A stretch of DNA of 28,271 bases from an uncultured Methanosarcinales archaeon (lineage in GTDB: Archaea; Nanobdellota; Nanobdellia; Woesearchaeales; JAGVYU01): the NCBI GenBank assembly GCA_964533475.1, contig CAZHJH010000001.1, forward strand, positions 1,485 through 29,755, in the 5' to 3' direction. Position numbers and translations under genes: made by a program. The notes beneath the pieces were generated by a model that worked only from the letters and a program-made list of their open reading frames with translations, searched no databases and had not been told where the DNA came from. Of this stretch, positions 1 through 7,620 are shown piece after piece; positions within the stretch are counted from its first letter, which is position 1; every line of letters starts with the position of its first letter.

Positions 1-473
1 ACCCATGCAATCACAAGTCCGAAGACAAGCAGGATAATAATGAGCGAGATCGCGTCAGATCCAAAGTAGCTCGTGAGGTCGTTCCATCCAGACCACCAGT
101 CAGCTGCGGCTCCGAACAGGTAAATCACGGCGATGAGCGCGAAGACAAAGACAACCACTGCCAACTGCCCCATGGGAGCTCTGCTTTCCCATCCAAAAAG
201 CCCGAGTAAGATCAGCAGCATGATGATCGCGATAGCTAGTGCGCTGACGCTGGGCAGGAACTTATTAATCGTTTCCAAGGGTCCGAAGTAAACAAAGATG
301 AACGCGAGCACAAGCGAAACCACGATGCTGATGTTCTTGCGGTCCTGTCCGAAGATCTTTGTCTTCTCCAGAATCGCGAACATAATCGCAAACACTAAGA
401 TGAAGGGTAACGCAATTTCAATAATCCCATAGTCTTGAAGCGTGCTGAAAAACTCGTATAAGCTGTAGGCCAT
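1..473 (-). CDS. Multi-pass membrane protein, 'LPF(L/I)LVF..FAILEKTK.FG' family; partial (runs off the left edge); paralog of 702..1271
   Basis: Not in the ORF track. Hand translation from ATG 473: MAYSLYEFFSTLQDYGIIEIALPFILVFAIMFAILEKTKIFGQDRKNISIVVSLVLAFIFVYFG..., open to position 1, with several hydrophobic helices. SD AGGAGG (481-486) lies 7 nt upstream. Confidence 0.9.
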   Translation of the reverse strand, partial: MAYSLYEFFSTLQDYGIIEIALPFILVFAIMFAILEKTKIFGQDRKNISIVVSLVLAFIFVYFGPLETINKFLPSVSALAIAIIMLLILLGLFGWESRAPMGQLAVVVFVFALIAVIYLFGAAADWWSGWNDLTSYFGSDAISLIIILLVFGLVIAW

Positions 474-480
474 ACGCATA

Positions 481-520
481 CCTCCTTTTTAGGTCATTCA
501 TTGAGAATTTCATATATAAA
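481..520 (-). promoter_or_regulatory. TATA box (TTTATATA, 520-513) plus SD (AGGAGG, 486-481) for the 473 gene
   Basis: Motifs read directly. The predicted TSS near 490 gives a short leader containing the SD. Confidence 0.7.
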
Positions 521-545
521 TGTTTCTATTACCGTCGTGTCAGGC

Positions 546-687
546 GAAACAGCACATGTTTCTCTTGTTCTGGCGCCGGTCGGGGTGGGGACGCGCCCTC
601 CGGGCTCCCCGACGAGGAGCGGAGCGACGACGGCCGCCAGAACCGATAGCCTTCATAAATTGGCGTTCAGGAACGGGAAATGCCGCC
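546..687. ncRNA. Candidate structured RNA; GC-rich intergenic element with core at 567-643
   Basis: 9-bp closing stem GTTCTGGCG(567-575)/CGCCAGAAC(635-643). Inner stems GTCGGGG/CCCCGAC or GCTCC/GGAGC. Core is 60/77 GC by hand count. Flanking hairpin GAAACA/TGTTTC (546-562). No family recognised. Confidence 0.35.
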
Positions 688-701
688 GAGTGTAGAATCA
701 A

Positions 702-1271
702 TTACGTCTTCTCTGGCACTTTGCGGTCCCTGACAATAAAATACATGAATCCTATGACGACAAGCATGAGGATAATCGACCCCACAACAGCGCTGTTGAA
801 GTTATAGGCTATATACTGCAGCAGCCATTCCAAAAACGGTTGTCCGGACGGGAGCCGAATAGCATGGAGGAATATACCGATAATGCCCACAAACATAATG
901 ATCATAAACATGATTTTCCATTTTCCCTCAAGAATGACCCCTTCGGGTTTTTCCTGCATGAATGAGCCAACGAGCAGCAGGAAAAAGACCGCAAGCATCA
1001 GGAGTATGACCATATTGGCGGAAGCCTCAGTGATCAGCGCCACGAGATGCGCGCTGGCGATAACCATGAATCCTATAACAAACGCGACCATCGCGTTCAT
1101 GTTCTTTCTCGTATACGTATGATCCCCTATTTTCTCCGTGCCAAACACTTTCGTTTTCTCAAGGATCGCAAACATGATCGAGAAGACGAGCAAAAACGGC
1201 AGAATGACATCATAAATACCCAAACGGTCAAAGAAGATGAGGATCCCTCGAAACGTGGACACGTCTGCCAT
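702..1271 (-). CDS. Multi-pass membrane protein, 'LPFLLVF..FAILEKTK.FG' family
   Basis: 189-aa ORF with about 5 hydrophobic segments. N-terminus clearly similar to the 1..473 protein. TATA (1294-1301) ends 22 nt upstream. Confidence 0.9.
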   Translation of the reverse strand: MADVSTFRGILIFFDRLGIYDVILPFLLVFSIMFAILEKTKVFGTEKIGDHTYTRKNMNAMVAFVIGFMVIASAHLVALITEASANMVILLMLAVFFLLLVGSFMQEKPEGVILEGKWKIMFMIIMFVGIIGIFLHAIRLPSGQPFLEWLLQYIAYNFNSAVVGSIILMLVVIGFMYFIVRDRKVPEKT

Positions 1272-1293
1272 AGTGCCTCTCGAAGAATCTTCC

Positions 1294-1325
1294 TATTTAA
1301 AGCTTTCTGTGCCAACATTTATAAA
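1294..1325. promoter_or_regulatory. Divergent TATA boxes: TTTAAATA (minus, 1301-1294) and TTTATAAA (plus, 1318-1325)
   Basis: Each box ends 21-22 nt from the ATG of the flanking gene (1271 and 1347). Confidence 0.7.
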
Positions 1326-1346
1326 CAAAGTCAAGCCTAGGAGTTC

Positions 1347-1901
1347 ATGATTAATATGAAGTCATTCGACGCGATGCGCAAGGAGCTCAAGGTGTTTGAG
1401 CAGAAGCGTGAGGAGGTCATCTCACGTTCTCGCGAGATGATTCAGCTCTCAAAGAGGATTATCTACTCCGTGCAGCGTCATGATTCCTCTGCCCAATTAG
1501 TCACACAGCTTAAAAAGGCGAAATCAGCACTTCCTAAGGATGCGTTTGACACGGGCATGCAGTCTGTCGCGCTTCAGGAGTATGTGGAAGCGCTCACGCT
1601 CTTTGCTCTTGTGGAAAAGGGCAAGCTTCCAACGGCGAAGGAGCTTAATGTGCCCGTGCATGAGTATCTTATGGGTTTGTGTGATCTCACAGGAGAGCTT
1701 GTGCGCATGGCTGTGAATGCCGCGATTAGAAAGCAGTTTCAGGATGTCGAGCGCTGGCATCATATCACTGCTGAGCTCTATGGTGAGTTCCTTAAGCTTG
1801 ATCTCCGAAACGGAGAGTTGCGGAAAAAGTCAGATCAGATCAAGTGGAATCTGCAGAAGCTCGAAGGGCTTATGTATGATTTGAAATCCAAGTCTTCTTA
1901 A
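1347..1901 (+). CDS. Translin/TRAX-family protein (archaeal C3PO-like RNA-binding protein/RNase)
   Basis: Motifs QEYVEAL, YLMGLCDLTGELVRMAVN and LRKKSD; 184 aa. Confidence 0.9.
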   Translation: MINMKSFDAMRKELKVFEQKREEVISRSREMIQLSKRIIYSVQRHDSSAQLVTQLKKAKSALPKDAFDTGMQSVALQEYVEALTLFALVEKGKLPTAKELNVPVHEYLMGLCDLTGELVRMAVNAAIRKQFQDVERWHHITAELYGEFLKLDLRNGELRKKSDQIKWNLQKLEGLMYDLKSKSS

Positions 1902-3075
1902 GTCGCGCAAATGTGCAGTTACGGATGGATGCTCTGATCTCTTCCATAAGCCGAAGGATGAAATGGAGATTGTGCAGCGTTGCAAGTCGGTAATAAGAGA
2001 GTTCTTGAGCGACGAATAAATGCCTGAGATATGCCCGTGAGTAACTCCTGCACGTAGGGCATGTACACTGGTCATCAATCGGATTCTTATCAGCTTTGTA
2101 TTTTGCATTTTCGATATTGATGACAAATTTATTCTTCATCGTTCCCGCAGGAGGATGCACATATAAATTACCACGGCGGGCGATGCGCGCGGGAGCCACA
2201 CAGTCGAAACTGTCTATGCCGCGCTCAACGCATTCGAATAAGTCATCAACGCCTCCAATGCCAAGGAGATGCCGCGGTTTCTCTGTGTTTTTTTGGTTTA
2301 AAACAGGAATCACCCATTCAAGGATCTTGTGCATGTCTTTCTTTGACTTCCCCAGAGAGCCGCCAACGGCAAAACCGTCAAACGACAGGGATGCGATAAA
2401 CGAGGCGCTCTTGAGTCGAAGGTCTTTATACTCTCCGCCCTGAATGATTCCAAAGAGCTGCTGCCTCGTATTCTTGTACGCAGCCAGAGATTCTTTTGCC
2501 CAGCGGTGTGTTCTCACGAGCGCTTTTTTTGTATACGCATAATCAGAAAGGGGTGATGTGCATTCGTCAAAGGCGAGGATAATATCCGCTCCGAGATCAC
2601 GCTGGATCTTCATGGAGATTTTAGGCGTGAGCACGATCTTTTCTCCCGTCAGGTGTGATTTGAACTCAACTCCCTGCTCCGTTACAACGGCAAGTTTTTT
2701 CCTGCCCGGCATGCCAATGGAGTGCGGCACGGGAAACATGCTCGCGATCTTGCCTATGTTGTGCTCCATCCCGAATCCAAGGCTGAATGCTTGAAATCCT
2801 CCTGAATCCGTGAATATGGGCTTGTTCCAGTGCATAAATCCATGAAGACCGCCCATGCTCTTGACAAGCTTTTCTCCAGGGCGCAGATGTAAGTGATACG
2901 TATTCGCAAGGAGCACAGAAGCCCCGAGCAGCTCAAGATCTTTCGAGTCCAGAGCCTTCACTGTTGCCTGCGTGGCAACGGGAATGAATATGGGAGTCTC
3001 AATATTTCCATGCGGAGTTTTCAAGATTCCCGTGCGTGCAAGGCTTTTCTTGTCCTTGTGAGTAATAGTAAACAT
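1870..3075 (-). CDS. tgt: tRNA-guanine(34) transglycosylase, bacterial type (queuine tRNA-ribosyltransferase)
   Basis: TPIFIPVATQATVK, NTYHLHLRPG, TDSGGFQ, AFDEC, GIIQGG, RHLLGIG, DSFDC and the zinc site CTCPTC...HN. No PUA domain. Start moved to ATG 3075 (MFTITH), about 22 nt from a TATA-like box at 3098-3105. Confidence 0.95.
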   Translation of the reverse strand: MFTITHKDKKSLARTGILKTPHGNIETPIFIPVATQATVKALDSKDLELLGASVLLANTYHLHLRPGEKLVKSMGGLHGFMHWNKPIFTDSGGFQAFSLGFGMEHNIGKIASMFPVPHSIGMPGRKKLAVVTEQGVEFKSHLTGEKIVLTPKISMKIQRDLGADIILAFDECTSPLSDYAYTKKALVRTHRWAKESLAAYKNTRQQLFGIIQGGEYKDLRLKSASFIASLSFDGFAVGGSLGKSKKDMHKILEWVIPVLNQKNTEKPRHLLGIGGVDDLFECVERGIDSFDCVAPARIARRGNLYVHPPAGTMKNKFVINIENAKYKADKNPIDDQCTCPTCRSYSRAYLRHLFVAQELSYYRLATLHNLHFILRLMEEIRASIRNCTFARLKKTWISNHT

Positions 3076-3106
3076 ACAGCAGAAAAAACGTATTTCCTTT
3101 ATTAAT

Positions 3107-3925
3107 TTACCAGTCAGGCTCCATGCCGCCAAGCGTTAGCTGCTCAATGTCCTCGCCAGAGGCATTCATAGAATATATTCCTGAGCCTTCCCTCGAATAG
3201 CGCATGAATGCGATGCGAGACGCATCAGGAGATAAGACCGGAGCGGCGTTAATCCCTTGAAGCTCAGTTAATTGCGTTTCTTGCATCGTGCGCAAGTCAA
3301 GGAGGAACACTTGAGCGTCTCCACCAACATAGCGGTTGAAAAACAGGCAGCGCCCATCTTCGGAAAGCACAGGGCCCGATCCTTGAATGCCAAGGGATTC
3401 AGGTTCTTGACCTAGGCGCATGCGGAATATTGCTTGAGTATCCATGCTGGAGAAATACAGGATATTGTCAGGTCCCCACGAAGGCGTGTTACTAGATCCA
3501 TTCGTCGTAACTTGCTCGAGTATTGAAGTTTCCCTATCCAGCACGTAAACATTAATCGCGTCCCCTTGCTGCACAGAAAGTGCAATGTATCTCCCATCCA
3601 GAGAGCATGAAGGATGCATAGGTCTTCCCTCTGGGAGTGTGTGGACAAGCCATTGGTGACTGCCATCGCTATCCATCATCCATAAGTCCCGATGGGGATT
3701 GCTTGAGACATAGAGAATGTGATTGTCTGGTGTCCAGCAGGGAAATCCATCAAATCCATCGTGCTGGGAGAGATTCACGGGCTCCTGATTAGGCGTAACA
3801 CTCATGATCTCCCAGTCACCAGATACGCATCCAGAGTAAACGATTGGACGCTGTGCATACGTGTGTGCTGCCGTAAAAATCGATGCTGTGATTCCAAGTG
3901 TGCGGACAAGATCGGAAATGCTCAT
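3107..3925 (-). CDS. Secreted TolB-like/PD40 beta-propeller protein
   Basis: N-terminal signal-like segment and repeated blades (PCWTPD, PSCSLDG, PSWGPD, PVLSEDG, PVLSPDASRIAF). SD GAGGGG precedes ATG 3925. Confidence 0.8.
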   Translation of the reverse strand: MSISDLVRTLGITASIFTAAHTYAQRPIVYSGCVSGDWEIMSVTPNQEPVNLSQHDGFDGFPCWTPDNHILYVSSNPHRDLWMMDSDGSHQWLVHTLPEGRPMHPSCSLDGRYIALSVQQGDAINVYVLDRETSILEQVTTNGSSNTPSWGPDNILYFSSMDTQAIFRMRLGQEPESLGIQGSGPVLSEDGRCLFFNRYVGGDAQVFLLDLRTMQETQLTELQGINAAPVLSPDASRIAFMRYSREGSGIYSMNASGEDIEQLTLGGMEPDW

Positions 3926-4010
3926 GATATCCCCTCTATGCAAGTCCCATTCGCTTTATAAACCTTCGGAAAAAGAAACATTTAAATATTTAATACAGTA
4001 AGAAACGATT

Positions 4011-4352
4011 ATGCATAAAAAAGTGGTGCTCTATGGTTCACTGTTTACGATCATAATTCTACTGTTGGCGTGTAACGCGAGCAAGCAAGGTAAAGGGGCA
4101 ACAACACGCCAAACAGGAGCGAGCTGGCCGGATCCATGGCCAGATGGCGTATGCCCCGTAGGACAGTGTTATGATTTTGCTACGAGGGGATGTGTTACCC
4201 CCGGGGGCGCGGGAGCTGAGTGCTGTCGCTCTGATCTGGGCGAAGGTGGACTGCCGTGCTATACCCGCGGCTCTCGGATGAATGAGGGGTCTTGTAAAGA
4301 TATTGAGGGAGTTGCTACAAACTGCGTCTGGGTTTGCGGCAATCAGTGCTAA
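4011..4352 (+). CDS. Small Cys-rich exported protein, putative lipoprotein
   Basis: Hydrophobic N-terminus ending LLAC (lipobox-like), then 10 further Cys in about 66 aa. TATA TTTAAATA (3981-3988) ends 22 nt upstream. Confidence 0.8.
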   Translation: MHKKVVLYGSLFTIIILLLACNASKQGKGATTRQTGASWPDPWPDGVCPVGQCYDFATRGCVTPGGAGAECCRSDLGEGGLPCYTRGSRMNEGSCKDIEGVATNCVWVCGNQC

Positions 4353-4415
4353 CGAGTTTTTTCTTCACAATCGTTTTAAGCAATCTTTATAAACCATCTT
4401 CCACTTCTCAGGCGT

Positions 4416-6167
4416 ATGCAAACCGCGTATAGAACCCACACATGCGGAGTCCTGAAGAGGACGGATATTGGAAAAACCGTGAAGCTCTGCGGCTGGAATC
4501 AGGCACGGAGGGATCATGGCGGCATTATCTTCATAGACCTCAGGGATAAGTATGGGCTTACGCAGATTGTTTTTGATCCAAAGCATACTCCAGACCTCTA
4601 TAAGGAGGCGGAAAAGCTGAGGCGGGAAGATGTGTTGCAAGTTTCTGGCAAAGTCCGGGCGCGTCCTACAGGATTGGAAAATCCGAAGCTCATAACGGGC
4701 GAGATTGAAGTGCTCGTTGATACGTTAAGCATCATGAGCCGCTCACAGACGCCCCCTCTTGAGATCGAGGATCGCGTCGAGCCAAATGAGGACATCCGAT
4801 TAAAGTATCGCTACCTCGACTTGAGAAGGCCAAAGATGCAGCGCAACCTCCTCATGCGCCATAATATCATTGCTGCCGCTCGAGATCATTTTTTCAAAAA
4901 CGGTTTTATGGAGATTGAAACTCCGTTGCTCGTTAAGCCAACTCCAGAGGGAGCGCGTGACTATCTCGTTCCGAGCAGAGTCAATCCGGGAACATTCTAT
5001 GCTCTGCCGCAATCGCCTCAGCTCTACAAGCAGATTCTTATGGTAGCCGGATGCGACCGTTATTTCCAAGTCGCTCGGTGCTTAAGGGATGAGGATTTGC
5101 GGGAGGACAGACAGCCCGAGCACACCCAGTTTGATCTCGAAATGAGTTTTGTCTCGTCTGAGGATGTCATGGCATTTGTCGAGAGCCTCTATCATCACAT
5201 TTTCAAGGAAGTCATGGGCATCACGCTCGAGAAATTCCCCGTGCTCACGTATAAAGAATCCGTGGCCCGCTTTGGTTCAGACAAGCCGGATATGCGTTTT
5301 GGTCTTGAGTTAATTGACGTCACCGATATTGCAAAGAGCTCAGAATTCAGCGTGTTTAAGGATGCGGAATCCATTAAGTGCATTAATCCGGAGACAGAGC
5401 TCTCGCGCAAGGACTTTGACAAGTATATTGAGTTTGTGCAGACGTTTGGCGCGAAGGGCATGGCCTGGGCGCGCGTTACAAAGGATGGTCTCGACTCAAG
5501 TATTGTCAAGTATCTCTCACTGGAGATTCAGAAAAAACTGCTTGAGAGAACGAAAGCGAAGCCGGGCAGCGCGCTCATGTTCGTTGCGGACAAACCTAAG
5601 ATTGTTGCAGATGCCCTGGGAAGATTGAGGCTGCAGGTTGCTCAGGATCTTAATCTTATTCCGGAAGGAATATTCAAGTTTGCCTGGGTTAAGGACTTCC
5701 CGCTTTTTGCGTATAACGAGGAGGAAGCGAGATGGGAGCCCGAGCATCACATGTTTACGATGCCGAAGCAGGAGTTCGTTAAGGACTTCGAAAAAAGGCC
5801 TAGTGAGGTTATTGGTGATCTTTATGATGTCACATTGAATGGCACAGAGCTTGGTTCAGGGAGCATTCGCGTCACAAATCCCGAGCTTCAGGAGAGAATC
5901 ATGAACTTCATAGGCTTATCAAAAGACGAAGCTGAGCGTAAGTTCGGTTTTCTCTTGCATGCATACGAATATGGTGCTCCTGTGCATGGTGGCATGGGTC
6001 TTGGCGTTGATCGCCTTGTCGCGTTAATGCTTGGTACGAAGGATATTCGAGAGGTCATCGCATTCCCAAAAAACAAGAATGCGCAATGCCCCATGGATGG
6101 CTGCCCGAGTGCTGCTGATGACAAGCAGTTGAAAGAGCTTCATCTGAAGCTTGATGTTAAGAAATAA
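4416..6167 (+). CDS. aspS: Aspartyl-tRNA synthetase, bacterial type with GAD insertion, probably non-discriminating
   Basis: RTHTCG, RRDHGGIIFIDLRD, YRYLDLRR, LPQSPQLYKQ, CLRDEDLREDRQPEHTQ, GSDKPDMRFG and HGGMGLGVDR; 583 aa. TATA at 4386-4393. Confidence 0.97.
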   Translation: MQTAYRTHTCGVLKRTDIGKTVKLCGWNQARRDHGGIIFIDLRDKYGLTQIVFDPKHTPDLYKEAEKLRREDVLQVSGKVRARPTGLENPKLITGEIEVLVDTLSIMSRSQTPPLEIEDRVEPNEDIRLKYRYLDLRRPKMQRNLLMRHNIIAAARDHFFKNGFMEIETPLLVKPTPEGARDYLVPSRVNPGTFYALPQSPQLYKQILMVAGCDRYFQVARCLRDEDLREDRQPEHTQFDLEMSFVSSEDVMAFVESLYHHIFKEVMGITLEKFPVLTYKESVARFGSDKPDMRFGLELIDVTDIAKSSEFSVFKDAESIKCINPETELSRKDFDKYIEFVQTFGAKGMAWARVTKDGLDSSIVKYLSLEIQKKLLERTKAKPGSALMFVADKPKIVADALGRLRLQVAQDLNLIPEGIFKFAWVKDFPLFAYNEEEARWEPEHHMFTMPKQEFVKDFEKRPSEVIGDLYDVTLNGTELGSGSIRVTNPELQERIMNFIGLSKDEAERKFGFLLHAYEYGAPVHGGMGLGVDRLVALMLGTKDIREVIAFPKNKNAQCPMDGCPSAADDKQLKELHLKLDVKK

Positions 6168-6177
6168 TTAATAATAA

Positions 6178-6576
6178 CTAAGAGTATCTCATAAACGCTT
6201 CTTGAAGTTTTCTCAAAGCTTCCTGCTGCTCTGGTCCAACCGCGAAAATCCTGAGCTCGAGCGGAATCATCTGACCTTCAAAAAGGAGGGCAAGTCCTAA
6301 TGAGCTCTGCGCGGGATTTCCAAAGTGATGCCCATTCGAAATGCGGGTGTGCGTCGGAGGCTCCTGAGAGTATGCATGCTCATATACGCGAGCGATGCCA
6401 TGCAAGGTTGAAAGCAGCGCTGCCACATTCTCAACATTCGGAGTATACAGCAAAGTTGCCGATGCTGCCCGTGTCCAAGGTTCTTCATCCCAGGGATGGT
6501 GGGCATCCTGCACGGCATGTGTGTCTTGGCATTTCCACGCTGGGGTTCTGCTTGCTTTGTCGTGTACCGGTGTCAT
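6178..6576 (-). CDS. Hypothetical protein (132 aa)
   Basis: ORF fills the gap after aspS. Strong SD GGAGG lies 9 nt upstream of the ATG. No recognisable domain. Confidence 0.65.
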   Translation of the reverse strand: MTPVHDKASRTPAWKCQDTHAVQDAHHPWDEEPWTRAASATLLYTPNVENVAALLSTLHGIARVYEHAYSQEPPTHTRISNGHHFGNPAQSSLGLALLFEGQMIPLELRIFAVGPEQQEALRKLQEAFMRYS

Positions 6577-6676
6577 GATAAGTTACCTCCGAGAATACGT
6601 TTTGGGAGCCTGACGTCCTTTATAAGCCTATGGTTTAAGAGAAAGCTATAAATATCGGGCTGATTTAAGTGATTTT

Positions 6677-6772
6677 ATGCAAGATGAAGACGAAAACACG
6701 AATGGAGATGAGTCTGATCATCCGATCCATGAGAAATTTGTGAAGCAAAAAAAGGTGAAGGTAATCAAATGA
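6677..6772 (+). CDS. Small 31-aa ORF MQDEDENTNGDESDHPIHEKFVKQKKVKVIK, unannotated
   Basis: Hand translation. ATG lies 22 nt after TATAAATA (6647-6654). The stop overlaps the Macro start (ATGA). Confidence 0.55.
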   Translation: MQDEDENTNGDESDHPIHEKFVKQKKVKVIK

Positions 6773-7305
6773 ACAGGAAAATGCTTGAGATCCGGATGAC
6801 GGATATAGCTGGTGTTGAGGCGGATGCCATAGTCAATCCGGCGAACAGCTTGGCGACAATGGGTGGTGGAGTAGCAGGCGTGCTCAAGCGCGCTGGTGGA
6901 GTCTCGATTGAGCAGGAAGCAAAGAAAAAAGCACCCATTCCTTTAGGCTCAGCGGTCATCACAAAGGCGGGAACGCTGAAAGCAAAGCACATTATCCATG
7001 CTCCTACAATGGAAAAACCGACAGGAGAAACGAGTTACGAGATTGTCGCGAGTGCCATGCACGCTGCTCTCGACCGTGCGGATGCTCACAAAGTCAAAAC
7101 CCTCGCAGTGCCCGGCATGGGAACGGGCGTTGGCAAATTGAACAAGGATAAGGCCGCGGCGGTGATGGTGAAGGTGATTCAGCAATTTCAGCCGCTCTAC
7201 CTTCAGAAAATAATCCTCGTGGCCACAGACAAGGAGCTGTTTCATTCGTTATATCGCGCGATGGATACGGTATACGGTAAAGAACCGCTGCCCAAGAGTA
7301 GATAA
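6769..7305 (+). CDS. Macro domain protein (ADP-ribose-binding/hydrolase, Af1521/YmdB-like)
   Basis: DAIVNPAN, MGGGVAGVL, AVITKAG, HIIHAPTM and LAVPGMGTGVG motifs. GGTGA SD upstream. Confidence 0.93.
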   Translation: MNRKMLEIRMTDIAGVEADAIVNPANSLATMGGGVAGVLKRAGGVSIEQEAKKKAPIPLGSAVITKAGTLKAKHIIHAPTMEKPTGETSYEIVASAMHAALDRADAHKVKTLAVPGMGTGVGKLNKDKAAAVMVKVIQQFQPLYLQKIILVATDKELFHSLYRAMDTVYGKEPLPKSR

Positions 7306-7335
7306 TTTTTTATAGCACGTTCCGATTATTGGAGT

Positions 7336-7620
7336 ATGGAAATCAATGAGGAGTTAGTCAGGAAAGTTGCTTCCCTCGCGCGGCTGAATTTGACAGATGA
7401 GGAGGTAGAAAGATTCACGCCGCAGCTGAAGGATATTCTCAACGCGTTTTCCCACCTGGACAGCGTGAACACCGACAATACGGAGCCAAGCCTTCAGCCA
7501 ATCCCGATCCGCAACAACACACGGCATGATGAGCCACATGCATGCCTTTCTCAGGAGACTGCGCTTAAAAATGCTCACCACAAGAAAGATGGATATATTA
7601 AGGGGCCTCGAGCAGTATGA
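7336..7620 (+). CDS. gatC: Asp/Glu-tRNA amidotransferase subunit C
   Basis: VASLARLNL...R.D and GYIKGPRAV; first gene of gatCAB. Own TATA at 7307-7314. Confidence 0.95.
   Translation: MEINEELVRKVASLARLNLTDEEVERFTPQLKDILNAFSHLDSVNTDNTEPSLQPIPIRNNTRHDEPHACLSQETALKNAHHKKDGYIKGPRAV

Noticed and set aside
567-643. Possible 5S rRNA or tRNA
   Set aside because: It is 77 nt, lacks the 5S conserved loops (CCGAAC, GUUAAG), and has no T-loop (TTCGA) or cloverleaf.
662-687. GGCGTTCAGGAACGGGAAATGCCGCC, resembling SRP RNA helix 8 (CAGG...GGAA)
   Set aside because: The stem around the putative tetraloop does not pair and the AGCAG motif is absent. The region is also too short for archaeal SRP RNA or RNase P RNA.
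501-807. ORF-track frames 501..695 and 520..807, plus a 38-aa Arg-rich minus frame (MKAIGSGGRRRS...)
   Set aside because: They are by-products of the GC-rich structured element, with no SD or leaderless promoter geometry; 520..807 also overlaps a real gene antisense.
2824-2832. GTTCCAGTG, half of an ORB-like origin motif
   Set aside because: A single copy inside the tgt coding sequence (HWNK codons), with no G-string, partner repeat or cdc6.
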